Shown here: piece after piece, positions 22,653-35,180 of the stretch | How positions within the stretch are numbered: the first letter of the stretch is position 1 | How the letters are laid out: each line of letters opens with the position of its first letter | NCBI RefSeq assembly: GCF_006345805.1 | Contig: NC_042997.1 | Span: 171,616,001-171,680,000 of the forward strand | Origin: Octopus sinensis | Lineage: Eukaryota | Length of the DNA: 64,000 bases | Direction of reading: 5' to 3' | Made by a program: the position numbers and the translations under genes | The notes under the pieces: generated by a model | The model's database searches: none | The model's input: only the letters and a program-made list of their open reading frames with translations | What the model was told of the DNA's origin: nothing

Positions 22653-23439
22653 ATCATTATCATTATTATTATTATCATTATTCAAATTCTGCTCAGGTCG
22701 ACTTTGCCTTTCATCCTTTCAGGGTCAAGTACTGGAGTCGATGTAACTGACCTACCCACCAAATTTTGGGCCTTGTACCTTTAGTAGAAACACTCATCAT
22801 TATTGTCATCATTGTCATCATCATCGTCGTCATCGTCGTCGTCATCATTATCATCATCATTAAAGGGTGGCAAGCTGGCAGTATTGTTAGAGCATTAAAG
22901 AAATGTTTTTTGATATTTGTTCACACTACACACATATTCTGTCTTAGTAAGTCTATGGAATAACAACAAAAGGTTTCATGGAACCATAGTTTAAATGCTC
23001 TTGCTTCAGTCTCTGTAACATTACTGATTCAGTGAGAGATTATGGCTCACAGAAATGGCCCCAGTACTTGACTGGTTCTTATCTATCAAACTTGAAGAAA
23101 TGAAAGGCAAAGTCAGCTTCAGAATGATTTGAACTCAGAGTACTGAGAGCTGGATCAAATACTGTAAAGCATTCTGCTTGATGTTTTATCAACTTTGCAA
23201 AGTCCCATGTCTCCTTCCCTGCCCAAGTTTCCCATATAGAAAACAAAACAGGTAACTTCTACAAACTCCTCCATTGGTTAGAAATAACAACCAAATGTTA
23301 ATAACCTGGGGAACCAAGTGGCCCATTACATTTAATCTTCCAAGACCAAAATAGTATCTTTCTGTCCCCTAGTTTTGGTGGATAGAATGGTAGGCTTGAT
23401 CTACTATTTTAAAATGTACAAAATTTCTATAGTATCATT

Positions 23440-23640
23440 CATTCATTCATTATTCAACCGTGGTTGAGACAATGGAATTTACTATGTTACGCCAGACTTC
23501 ACGGTCCATCTTAGCATTACGGAGGTCCTGTTGCTGGATGCCTGTATCCCTGGAGATTACATCAAGGTAGGAGAGTGTGTGCTCTCTGGTATCACGAGCA
23601 GATGGCTTCCAGAGGAGAAGAGTAGAAATAGTATCTCTAT
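23440..23640 (-). mobile_element. 3' end of an RTE-type LINE with (TGAA)n tail
   Basis: Reverse translation LSYLDVISRDTGIQQQDLRNAKMDREVWRNIVNSIVSTTVE* is followed by tgaatgaatga. Confidence 0.6.
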
Positions 23641-25074
23641 GAGAGCTAAATCAATTCTAAAATGAAGTACTGCTCTCATATTCAAGAGAGTTCTTTCAAA
23701 CATGTACTCTCTACTTTTGATACAAAGCAGAACAAACTGTGTAGTATAGTTACTGATGGGCTCTTTTGGTCACTCCAGCTGCAGCATCAACAGGATTTTG
23801 CATTTCTGGATTCTTTTACTGTTACTTCCATGAAAATCTGTTCAAACAAGCTTCTTCCCCTAATGATAGCATGCTGGGTGAAATGCTTAGTGGTATTTCA
23901 TCCATCTTTACACTCTGAGTTCAGATTCCGCCGAGGTCGACTTTGCCTTTCATCCTTCCAGGGTCAAGTACTGGAGTCAATGTAACTGGCTTACCCACCA
24001 AATTTCAGACCTAGTACCTTTAGTAGAAACATTCATCATCATTATCATCGTCATCATAGTCATCATCATCATCATCATCATCACCATTAAAAAGAATTTT
24101 CTATTAGAACCTTGATTTACCACATTTAGCGAACGTCATTCATGCTTTGTGAATATCTCATGGACAATCTGCAAATATCATACAGCATTCACAAAACAAT
24201 TTTTTTTCTCAGAACAGCTGAATCGTAGAATAAACTCTCTCCCATTTGTTTTCCTGTAAAATATGACCTCAATCTCTCTAAATTGAGGTTTAACAAGCAC
24301 ATTGCCTAATGTTGGCAGTTTCCTTCATTTTAATATTTTCATCAGTTCTTTTATTACCATCTCATTTCACTTCATTTTATTACCTTCTTTTACGTTATCT
24401 CATTTACCATATTTTACTGCCGTCAACTCTTTTATCAGTTCTTTTATTATAATGTCATTTAAATCTTTTATCAATTATTTTATTGCTATCTTTTATTTAC
24501 TATTTGAAACACACACATACACACACACACACACACATGGCTTTTGTGGTATCAATGTCACTCCCCCACCGTTTCCTTAACCTTTTGACAAGAAGCAGCA
24601 TATGGATATTGCTTGGGGTGATTTTGTGTTATAAAAAAAAATGTCAAATGTTTCGTTATTTTGTTGTTCTGAGGTCATAGTCATCAGCAAGTTGTTGTCG
24701 ACCCAGGTCATCCGTACACAAACAGACCTCCATTATCAAATGTATTTCAGCTATGACGATCCTGCAACTACTTACTCTTAGAATGTGGATGATTTTTCTG
24801 AGTTCTCTGGAAAATTTTAATTGTTATTTTTTAATTTAAATATGTCAGTCTGCTCGGCTATCTTTGCTGACATTGCAAATACTAAGAATAGTCTCCCTTG
24901 ACCCTTTTATAGAGCAACACAGTCGATTCTGACAGAAATGAAAGAAAGAAAGAAAGAGAAGAATCAACCTCTGTACTAGATTAAAATTATACTTATCATT
25001 CCTGAAAGAGCTGTTCTATATTTAAGAGATGAGGAATTATGTACATTATTTACATTATCTACATTTCACGGATG

Positions 25075-25265
25075 TTTATACTCATCTTGTTTCTTGTTGA
25101 CACAACGTTTCGGCCGATATACCCTCCAGCTTTCATCGAGTGTCTTGGAGAAATTTCGAACCTGGTTCTCATTCCTAAGGTATTTTCGATGTTGTTGTTG
25201 TTCAGGTCACTGCCTGGAATCGGAATTTTGGGGTTAGTAGTCCATGCTCTTAACCACTACGCCAT
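25075..25265 (-). repeat. Penelope-like-derived mini-element with a minimal hammerhead-like motif (25099-25144)
   Basis: Reverse complement gacac-TCGATGA-a-agctg-gagggtatat-cggcc-GAAA-cgtt-gtgtc. Confidence 0.55.
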
Positions 25266-26024
25266 ATGCCCATGGGCAATTATGGAGTGATATTTTAGGG
25301 CTTATTAATCTAATATTTTCCTATCCTTCCTTAATACCAGTTCCCATATGCTATTCATATCTGCACTCAATCTGCTTAGGAGGTTGTTGCTGCTTCTTTT
25401 AGTTTTCATATTTTCCTGTGGTGTTCTCTGTCTATTATTTTCACTTCATCTCACAGGGGAAAATTCAAGAAGTTAAATTGATAGACAGAGAACACCACTG
25501 GAAAAGACGGAAACTAAAATTTATAGCAGGTCAAGCAACCACATCAGAAGTCTCTGTATTGGCTCATGCAAATGAGAGTGTGGTCAGTGTGGCTGTTGTT
25601 GTTGATGATGATGATGCAGTTGTAATTGCTGTTACTAAGGTTGCTGTTGTGAGTGATGTTGTTGCTGTGGTTGCTGTTGTTGTTGTAGCTGCTGTTATCT
25701 TTGATACTGTGGGGTTGTTGGTGTTGTTGTTTTTTAGCCCTAGGTCAATTCAGACCATACAGACTTATGACTGTGCCATCTTTTTATATCTTTTATTTTT
25801 CACTTGTTTTGATCATTAGACTGAGGCCATGCTGGGGCATTGCTTTGAATAGTTTTAGTCTAGAAAACTGACACCAGTATTTATAGATTTCTTTAAAGTC
25901 TGGTTTTAATTCTATCAATGTCTTTTGTTGAACCACTAAGTTACAGAGATATAAACACACCAACACCAGTTGTTAAGTGGTTATGGGGGAACAAACACAG
26001 AAACAAAAACACACACGCTTATAT

Positions 26025-26190
26025 ATCGGCTCATCCCATAAATAATGTGGTTTTTTTCAATTGCATGAACCAAAAGTCGGAAGGGGACGGGATAAACTCC
26101 CTGCATCAATTTGCTATGAAAGCAGGTAGTAATTTTACCTTGTTCTTATACTTTGAGCAAGTTTTGAAGAGTGTAGTTCGATTTATTTGA
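26025..26190 (+). mobile_element. Mariner 5' end, same family as 38417-39664, truncated by a SINE
   Basis: ctcatcccataaataatgtggtttttttcaattgcatgaaccaaaagt aligns with the reverse complement of 39500-39664. Confidence 0.7.
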
Positions 26191-26194
26191 TATT

Positions 26195-26426
26195 AAGGCG
26201 GCGAGCTGGCAGAAGCGTTAGCACGCCGGGCGAAATGCTCAGCAGTATTTCGTCTGTCGTTACGTTCTGGGTTCAAACACCGCCGAGGTCGACTTTGCCT
26301 TTCATCCTTTCGGGGTCGATAAATAAAGTACCAGTTGCGCACTGGGGTCGATGTAGTTGACTTAATCCCTTTGTCTGTCTGTGTTTGTCCCCTCTATGTT
26401 TAGCCCCTTGTGGGCAATAAAGAAAT
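26195..26426 (+). mobile_element. Full-length SINE family B (tRNA head + Meta/MESC-like central domain)
   Basis: aaggcggcgagctggcagaagcgttagc...gggttcaaacacc, then gtcgactttgcctttcatcctttcggggtcgataaataaagtaccag. Partial copies at ~21985, 22680, 23040 and 23900. The domain name is from memory. Confidence 0.85.
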
Positions 26427-26579
26427 ATATTTGAATATTGCATATATACCATTATGCCTATGAAACGGATTTACAAATTCAATACACATACATATCTTAT
26501 ATCTATTTTCTTTCCTCCACCTCACTCTCTATTTGTATCACATCGAAACTAACTATGACTTAATTTTTCCTCTCTCACC

Positions 26580-26631
26580 GTCTCTGATGAAGGGATATTA
26601 TTAATTAATATCCTAGAAACACCTGTAAGAC
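26580..26631 (+). ncRNA. Type I hammerhead ribozyme motif
   Basis: Stem I gtct/agac, core CTGATGA (26584-26590), stem II gggatatta/taatatcct, GAAA (26616-26619), stem III AC-acct-GT, cleavage triplet GTA. Confidence 0.7.
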
Positions 26632-26851
26632 CTTCTATCTATAAATGCTCTAATATCTATACACCCTTGGTTTTTTATCTTATTACGCAAATAATTCTTA
26701 TATACACATGCTGACATAGAAACAACGTTGAACCCTTTATTCGCAATATTACCAAATCTGGAACTTAACTATGGTCTGCCTATAGCACTTATTCAACATT
26801 ACCTGACACCTTTGGGTCTCAATGACACCATTATTTCCTATATATATTTAT

Positions 26852-27265
26852 TCTTTTATTCTTTTACTTGTTTCAGCCATGCTGGAGCACTGCCTTTAAT
26901 TGAGCAAATCAACACCAGGACTTTGTAAGCCTAGTACTTTTTCTATCATTCTCTTTTGCCAAATTGCTAAGTTACAGGGATGTAAACACACCAGCATCAA
27001 TTGTCAAGCAATGTTGTGGGGACAAACACAGACACACAAACACACACACACATATATGATGGGCTTCTTTCAGTTTCCATCTAGCAATCCATTCAAGGCT
27101 TTGGTCGGCCTGAGGCTATAGTAGAAGACATTTGCCCAAGGTGCCATGCAGTGGGACTGAACCCAGAACCATGTGGTTGGTAAGCAAGCTGCTTACCACA
27201 CAGCCACTTCTGTGACTATAGCCACTCTTGTGCCTATAGCTACTCCTGCTCCTATAGCCACTCTT
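26852..27265 (-). mobile_element. SINE family A copy with its first ~18 nt tandemly repeated four times
   Basis: Body matches family A. agccact-c-t-tg-(g/t)-cta repeats over 27202-27265. Confidence 0.8.
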
Positions 27266-27283
27266 ACACACACACGCACACAC

Positions 27284-27316
<33 letters not shown>

Positions 27317-28339
27317 ATAAAACTTATATATAAAGAACGTGAAATTCACGAATTGACAAACACGGAAAAATGGACAGTAATTCAGAGCCTTCATTCTTCA
27401 GTCAGAAACCGATTCATCATGGCAAATTTCGGCTGTTTAATTCTGAGATTTGCTCCGAAAAGGCCAGCCCCAAGGAAAAGCTAAGCTATGGGCATTAGAT
27501 TTGCTTAGTAGAAGGAAAGAATGTGACAACAGAGACGAATAGGAAAACAAGAGACGAAGATAAAATTGGAAACAGTAACGAATAAAAACAGGAATGATAC
27601 GGGGGCGTCTTACGACTTTGAGACAAAATGAGACAAAACAATTGATCAGCAAGAGTGGGAAGCGGTTACCTTTTCGGTAGAGGATACATGTGTTGTACAG
27701 GCGGCTGTCAGCAGTGGAATACAGCGGGCTTCTTTCAGTTTCCATCTACCAAATCCACTCACAAAGCTTTGGTTGGCTCAAGGCTATAGTTGAAGACACT
27801 TGCCCAAGGTGCCACATAGTGGAGCTGATCTCAGAATGATGTGATTGGGAAGCAAGCTTCATACCACACATCTACACCTGCACCTATTGATGGATATTTG
27901 GTTGTTATTTCTAGCAGGTTCAGCAACCATATAGAAGCTCCTATATTCTGTATCTGCTGCTGATGCCATAGTTGATATTTTTATTGTTATTATTGTTGCA
28001 GTTGTTGTTGATCATAAATTAGCTGTGATTACTGCTGTTGTCTGTTTGAAGTACCACAACTAGTGCCAAGCTGGAGCTTTGCTCTCTCTGTTACTGAATT
28101 TGTGTGTGTGAGTGCTATGTTTGTGTATATGTGTGTGTGTGTACATGTGTATGTGAATGTGTGTGGATGTGTGCATATGTGTGTGTGTGTATGTGTGTAT
28201 GTGTGTGAATATGAGTGTGTGTGTATGTGTGTGTGTGCATGTGTGTGTTTGTGAATGTGTGTGAATATGAGTGTGTTTTAGTGAGTTTGTAGTTGCAATT
28301 GTTCTTTTATATTGTTTTTGTTTTTTGGCCTTGAATTTT

Positions 28340-29110
28340 GTTGCCAAGCTTGACATCGCTGCTGCTACTGCTACTGCCGCTGCTGCTGCTGCTGCTGCTG
28401 CTGATGGTGGTGGTGGTGGTGGTGGTTATGATGATAGTGGTGATGGTGGTGGTGATATTGGTGCTAGTGGTGCTGGTGAAGGTGGTGGTGGTGGCGGGTA
28501 TGTTGATGATGATGATAGTGGTGGTGGTGATGGTGGTGGTGGTGGTGGTGGTGGTGGTGATGGTGGTGCTGGTGGTGGTGATGATGATGATGATGATGAG
28601 GAGGAGGAGGAGGAGGAGGTTACTTGTTGTTGTTCTCTTTGTTGCCGTCGTATTATTACATGCATTGGAGAGAGTGACTAATGCAAACTACAGAATCAAT
28701 ACATCAGTGGGAATCAAGTGCATAACATCACTTAAGGACTTCAAAACAACAAGAGGAGCAGCAACAGCAAGAACAACAGTTGTAGCAACAGGAGAAACAG
28801 CAGCAGTAGCAGCAACAGCAACAGCAGCAACAACAATAGAAGAAACAGCAGCAGCAGCAGTAGCAACAGCACCAACTGCAGCAACAGCAGTAATAAAAAC
28901 AGTAATGAGGACAGCAGCAGCAACAACAGCAGCAACAGCAGCAGCAGCAACTACAACAACTACAACAACAGCAGCAGTAGCAACAACAGCAATATCAGAA
29001 ACAGCTACAGAAGTAAGAGCCACAATAGGAGCAATGGCAGCAGCAACAGCAGCAGAAGTCGCAGCAGCAGCAACAACAGCAGCAATGACAGCCACAACAG
29101 TAGCAGTAGG
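28340..29110. repeat. Compound trinucleotide array (GCT/GGT/GAT/GAG, then GCA/ACA)
   Basis: Directly visible. It gives long low-complexity ORFs on both strands. Confidence 0.9.
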
Positions 29111-29199
29111 ACAAATGAACAAACGCACGATGTCTAGCATCTAACAGATTATAACCACTCACCATCTTCGCGAACATCGTAATATTTCTATCAACTTAC

Positions 29200-29315
29200 A
29201 TGTTTTTGATATCAGAAGGTGGCCTCTTCTTTCATTTTCTCCATTCTTTCTGTTTCGCGTTTCCAGAAGCATAATGCCATTCAGTGTTTCTGGATTTATT
29301 GCTCATTGCTATCTG
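29200..29315 (-). other. Candidate spliced exon (5' UTR or first coding exon)
   Basis: Strong acceptor aattttttttcttcttctgtag (NAGNAG tagcag) and donor AT|GTAAGT. Only late-starting frames are open (MLLETRNRKNGENERRGHLLISKT). Confidence 0.4.
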
Positions 29316-29559
29316 CTACAGAAGAAGAAAAAAAATTTTTTTTTAATTAAAAAAATAAAGAAAATTTTTCTTAAAGAAACATGCTTTTAAAAATAGATAT
29401 TTTATGTAAATAAACGTGTGAATAAACAGCAGCAAGCTAAGGGTGTGTGTCATGAGTAGATAGTTTCAGAATGTAACTTTACTATAAGGTTTCAGAAAAT
29501 AAAATCTTGGAATGATTTTCAAATAAAAATCTGGTAAGTGGAAGTGGAATCGATGTCCA

Positions 29560-30075
29560 ATATTTTAAATCTGGGTTTGACCCCATTAACAGGGGTGGTT
29601 GGATCTACCTCACTCTCACAGCAACCACTCTCATGCCATCTCACCATCTCATACCATCTCAGCTGGTTTGGGGCATCCTCTCTCCTCCAAGCCAACCCTC
29701 TCAATCTCCTCTTCCACCTGTCCCCTCTGTGTTTTCTTTGGTCGATCTCGCTTTCGCAGTTCATTCACTTTAAACTCAAGCACTCTCCTCAGAACTTGAT
29801 CCTAATTCTCCCTCAACACATGTCCATACCACTGCACCCCATTCATCCTTGCCAGCCATTCCACCAAATCCTCCAGCCCTAGCATCCCCATTAAGTCCTC
29901 AACTTTCCTTTTACCCAATAGTTTCGCACCACACACTGCTCGCACCATTGCTCTCTCGGTCCTTTTCAAAATTGCCATTTTGCTTTCCCTCAGACACCAT
30001 GTCTCACTCTCATACAGCATTGCAGATCTCATGCAAATCCGATAAACCCATCCTTTCATCTTCATCAACATAAAA
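29560..30075 (-). pseudogene. RTE ORF2 C-terminal fragment
   Basis: KGWVYRICMRSAMLYESETWCL...QWYGHVLRE. Confidence 0.8.
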
Positions 30076-30339
30076 ATATTTTTATAGATATTTTTAGGGT
30101 ACATTTGGTGCGTGGAAAATGTGGATTAAGTCAATTAACTGCATAGTTTATATCCTAGACTATCTTGCAAGTAGAATAGGTTTTTCTAGATAGGAACAAG
30201 AGAGCATATAAACATATCTAACTTAAACAACAACACGTAAGAAGTGGTTAGCAGTGACCTCACAAAGTATTGATCTAAGTCCAAGAACCAAACGTTAAAA
30301 GTTAACTTGATCAGTAGATTAAATAATTTCTTGTGTGGA

Positions 30340-30545
30340 ACTTTCTGAACTATTTCGTTTTTGGATTTGGTTTACAAGATTCTTTATATGAGTTCGTGTG
30401 TTGAAGCATATTCTGTTGTGTCTGGGGAGAGTCATTTTCTTTTTTTGCCTTATAATTTAACACACTCACCGGTAAAATTTCCACTATATTCTTGTTTTTA
30501 TTTTCCTAAAATTTTCGTTGCATCTTGCAACCTTTTCAATAGTTT
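30340..30545 (+). repeat. Repeat family X, single copy
   Basis: ttttggatttggtttacaagattctttatatgag...cttgcaaccttttcaatagt matches 21114-21470 and 44090-44295. Confidence 0.85.
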
Positions 30546-31382
30546 TGACTCTGAACTATGAAATGGCATAAGTCTATACATATTTCATTGTTTTAGAAAT
30601 ACCATCCATCCATCCATACACTTTCTTTGCCCACTACTATTCCTAAGAGGGTAGAGTCATCAAGCACCTCTTCCATAGAATTCTATCAGAAGTAACCATT
30701 ATTATATTTTCCTGTGGAACTCCCAAGCATGAACAACTGAGACTGTGGATATTACCTGTCTCACTCTTGTTCTATCCTTAGGTCTCTTGCTGGTTGGCTT
30801 GGCTGGAAGAATCTTCTTGTGATCCTTTCCTGTGGTATTCTAACCACTAAAAACAAAAGGATATACTTTTGTCTTTGCCTGAATTATAAAAAGTAAAGAC
30901 CCCCTTCGGTCATGAATGACTATGGGATTGCACCTAGGAAGTTACCCTCCAAGGTAAAAGTCAAAGCAAGGTTGTTTATGGAGGGCCAGCAGTTGCCAAT
31001 GCATACCAGTCTCCCCCTCTTTATATCACCGATGTTATCCAAGGGAAAGGCAAGGGCCAATACACCTCAGTACCAGTGACATTGCAACACATATCTACAG
31101 CTGAGTGAACTGGAGCAACATGAAATAGAGTGTCTTCCTCAAGAACACAACACACAGCCCAGTATAGGAATTGAACTCACTAACTTATGATTGTGAGTCC
31201 GACTCTGTAACCACTGAGCCATGTATACCTGAACTATAATAAATAATTATTTGCATTGATCCAACTGCATATCTGAAGGACCAATGTAAATAGATCAGCT
31301 AGCAAATAGAAAGAGGCAGGTGTAATTGAAATAAATATAAAAGTTCTGTTTCTGAGTATTTTGATTAAAGATTAATCTTTAC

Positions 31383-31555
31383 CTGCTAGCTAATGTGTTT
31401 GAGATTTCTAGAAGCTTAACTCTGGAATACAACAGCTTAGACATGGTAAATTATATTAGCAATCCTTCTTTCACTTTGAATTCTGCTCTTAAGAAAATCC
31501 AAGTAAGTCTCCTATGCCACAAAAATCCAGAAATGTATAAGTTTGGACAGGAAAT
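31383..31555 (-). other. Candidate exon (phase 0/2) with one in-frame TAA at 31451-31453
   Basis: Acceptor gattctgtttcag, donor CAG|GTAAAG. Frame ISCPNLYISGFLWHRRLTWIFLRAEFKVKEGLLI*FTMSKLLYSRVKLLEISNTLAS. Confidence 0.28.
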
Positions 31556-32207
31556 CTGAAACAGAATCATCACTATTGTAAAATTTCTGTTTTCAATACG
31601 AGTATGGGTTGGACACATTGACAGGAGCCGGTGAGACAGAGGATTGTGCCAACTTCCAGTTTCTGCTTTGCCAAGGTTTCTATGGCTGTATGCCCTTCCT
31701 AATGCAAATCACTTTACAGCATCGACTGGGTGTTTTTTTACACCAGCACCAATGGGGTTACCAAGTACTCATAAGACATAACGCCTCTCAACTAAGGTGG
31801 TTATAGGGTTGAGGGATGTGACTTTATACAAGGGGATGAAAGGTTAAAATATAGATGTTTTGTATTAGAGAAGATACAAATCTACCCCAGTTGGAAAAAG
31901 AGAGAAGATGGTGGTGGAGAGGTTTCAAATTACAGAAAATTGAATAAAAGAGAAGTGGTCCAAATGAATTGGACTGGGTAGAGTAAGAAATCCATAATCT
32001 CTCCCTTCCAATCAATCTCATTTAGTGTCTTGGTGGCATGTAAAAAGCACCCACTACACTCTCTCAGAGTTGTTGGTGTTAGGAAGGGCATCCAGCTGTA
32101 GAAACTCTGCCAGATCAAGACTGAAGCCTGGTCATTCATCCAACCCATGCTAGCATGGAAAGCAGATGTTAAACGATGATGATGATGATGATATTAATAA
32201 CCTTTAC

Positions 32208-32331
32208 CTGTAGAACTTCCCAACCCGGAAGTGTAGCAAGTCTGTAAGTTTTATAGATGTAAGGGTCTATAGAAGAAAGACCCAACCATTTAAATTCCTC
32301 AATAGATTCCGATTTCATTTTAAGCTGAACC
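32208..32331 (-). CDS. Candidate internal coding exon (phase 2/0) of an unidentified gene
   Basis: Acceptor ttcatatatttag, donor CAG|GTAAAG. Only one frame is open: VQLKMKSESIEEFKWLGLSSIDPYIYKTYRLATLPGWEVLQ. Confidence 0.4.
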
Positions 32332-33197
32332 CTAAATATATGAAACTTAAAATTTCCAACATTAAGTGGATGCTGTAATGCATTGTTACAAAAGCAACTA
32401 AGATACACAAGGCAAATAAATTATCTCTCCTGATGTACAAGCCTAATACAAAGTAAATTTGTTTTTGTGATCTAACATTGGGAATGTGACCATATTAATT
32501 TAAATTTTATATTTGTGCTGTAGTTTTGATTAACAGGCATGATGTTGAAGTAGAAAGTTAACACAATAAAATATTTCCTATCTGGTTAAATGTCCTGGTT
32601 TGCATTAATGAGGACAGTTAACATTATAGTGTCTATAATATATTAGTAATAATTTGTTTTATTCAACTGATCTTATGAGAAAAATATTAATTAAACCCAA
32701 TTATCATATGACAAGTTTTAATTTGCCAAAACAAAGAAACAGACCGGCAAGCTTATTAATTAACATGCTACAAAAATGAAGTCTGCCTGCTTACCATTGC
32801 CATTCAACTTCATTATGGTAATATGTTTAATTCAAAGTGTATTGCATCTCAGAAATTTCCTGAGTATTGGATCAACCCTAAAAATTCAGTTATTCATAAA
32901 AACTGAAGGCGGTATAGTACTATAATAATAAAGCTAGTATGAAATAATTCATTCAGAATTGACAGCTTGCATGTACTTAGTGCAAAGCTCTTGAATATGC
33001 AGAGATTGTAGCATATGATACTCTAGCTATGAAGTTAACCAGCTTCTGTTTATATACTTGAAAAAGCATGAACATAATAAATCCCATTTTTCGTGTTTTT
33101 TCCTAAAACATGCAGTCTTCGACACACTTTATTGTCTTAGAATAAAAGATGAACAAACCAGTTAATATACTCCTAGATACACTGTTTGAAACAAACA

Positions 33198-34100
33198 TAT
33201 GATGTGGTATCAAAAAGTCCCTGGACTAGTAATGTTTAATAAAAAAATAAGTTATTTACCTAAATTTTAACATCATCTGTGAAATAGTCACCTTGTGCAG
33301 CAATACACCAGACCCACATTCCTGACACCTTTGGAGTTTGGCCTGGAAGTCACTTTCTGTAAGTGAGTCAAGAACTTTCTGTGATTTGCTCTGAATTTTG
33401 ACAACAGTGTTAAAACAGCGACTTTTGAGTTGCTTTTTCATCTTGGATTTAGAGACGGAAGTCCACAGGTGCTAAATCTGGTGAATAGGGCAGGTGCAGA
33501 AGTCATAACATGTTATTTTTGGTGAGAAACTTACAATTGAGGTGAATTTGGTGACAGGGTGCAATGTTATGAAGAATCCAATTTTTTGTGCTCCACAGAT
33601 CTGGTCACTTTTGCTAAATGCCCTCCCCCAAATGCTTCAAAACATCACAATAGAACTCTCGATTGATGGTCTGGCCCTGGAGTCAAATTATTGATGCACA
33701 ATACCACATTTCTGGGGGTGACACTTGTGATAGGTCTTCTAGATCACTCATTGTCTTCCAGGAATGTTCTTCCACTTTTGAAGCACCCTTGCCACTCAAG
33801 ATATTGTGTATGGCCCATTGCCTCATTGCCGTAAGCTTGACAAAGCGACAAAGCATGCTCAATGTCTCTGTAACAGATTTCCCATTGGCTCTTTGTTCCT
33901 GTCCATCATAAAATTGCAGACTACAGGATACACATGAACAAAAAAAAACAAATTTCCCAACTTGAAAAGTAAACACTAACGTCACTCAGCACACTACCTC
34001 TTGATAGTCACTGCCAGCTCTTACTGAGCGCATGATCATGTGCTGCCATCTGTTGGTGCACTACGGAACCAGCCCAAGAACTTTTTGATACCACTTTGTA
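33198..34100 (-). mobile_element. Internally deleted mariner element with TIRs and TA target duplication
   Basis: TIRs tatgatgtggtatcaaaaagt / actttttgataccactttgta. N-terminal EQRAN...KSVTETLSML and C-terminal QLKSRCFNTVVKIQSKSQKVLDSLTESDFQ fragments. Confidence 0.85.
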
Positions 34101-35180
34101 AGCTGGTCATAGAATGATTTTGCTCATTACTCTGCTGGATCAGAGCTAACGTTGGTCTAAGCAACAAGAGCAACAACAGAGATAGTCTTTTTCAATCAGA
34201 GTTTCTTTGGACAGCAACAGTCTCCTGAAGAACTGTGGCATCAATGCAGTTTCAATTCTAGCTTGATCCATTCCACTTCACATCCATTGCTAATGTTTCA
34301 TTGACAAGATATCTGTAAATTGCAGCATGCCATTTCCCTAATCAGAAACATTTAGGTCTTGTGTCTGAGTTAAGGGGATGACTCTTGTAATTAACGAAGA
34401 TGAGCCACTTTGAGGATTTCAACAAGGAACAACCCAATACTTTACATCAATCTAATACTTTACATCAGTACACTTCTTGATCCTACTAGTGCTCTTCAAC
34501 ACACACTCAATATGATAAACAGATTACCACAAAGATAAGTACTGTCATCATTGTTTTAATGTCCACATTTGCAGGCTTGCATGAGTTGGAAGGAGTTTAC
34601 TGAGGCTGATTTTCTGCAGACAGTTGCCCTTCTGGTTCCAAGAAAGTTAATAATTTCCCCATGGCCAGATATGTTCTCACAGAATACTGGAGATGAATGA
34701 CACTGCTTGTATGACAGTGACACTCATTTAAAACTATCATGCACTATCAAAACAAGCAAAAACTAAAATACATGCAATTATAGTCATGCATGCACACACA
34801 CACACACACACTCACTAACACACATACACTCATACTCACACACATACGTGCATACACTTACATTCACACACATACACTCATACTAACATACATATACACA
34901 CACATGATGAGCTACTTTCAGTTTCCATCTACCAAGCCAACTCACAAGGCTTTGATTGACCCGGGGTCGTAGTATAAGACACATGATTAAGGTGCCACAG
35001 CATAGGACTGAACCTGTAACTGTGTTGTTGGGAAGCAAACCTCTTAGCCACAGAGCCACACTTGTGCCTAAGTTGCATCAGCCTCCATACAAACATAATT
35101 TTACATAGGCACTATGAAAAAATTTACTTTAAAAACAAAAATAACATTATATACAGGCTATGATAACACTATATAAAGAC

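Noticed and set aside
27365-27410. Minus-strand CTGAAGA...GAAT...GTC motif
   Set aside because: GAAA is mutated and neither stem I nor stem II can be drawn convincingly.
34150-34345. Protein-like minus-strand pieces (KWHAAIYRYLVNETLAMDVK; MDQARIETALMPQFFRRLLLSKETLIEKD), and similar at 21660-21850
   Set aside because: They are in different frames or contain stops, lack a clear donor or acceptor pair, and have no recognisable family; they could be chance or ancient TE debris.
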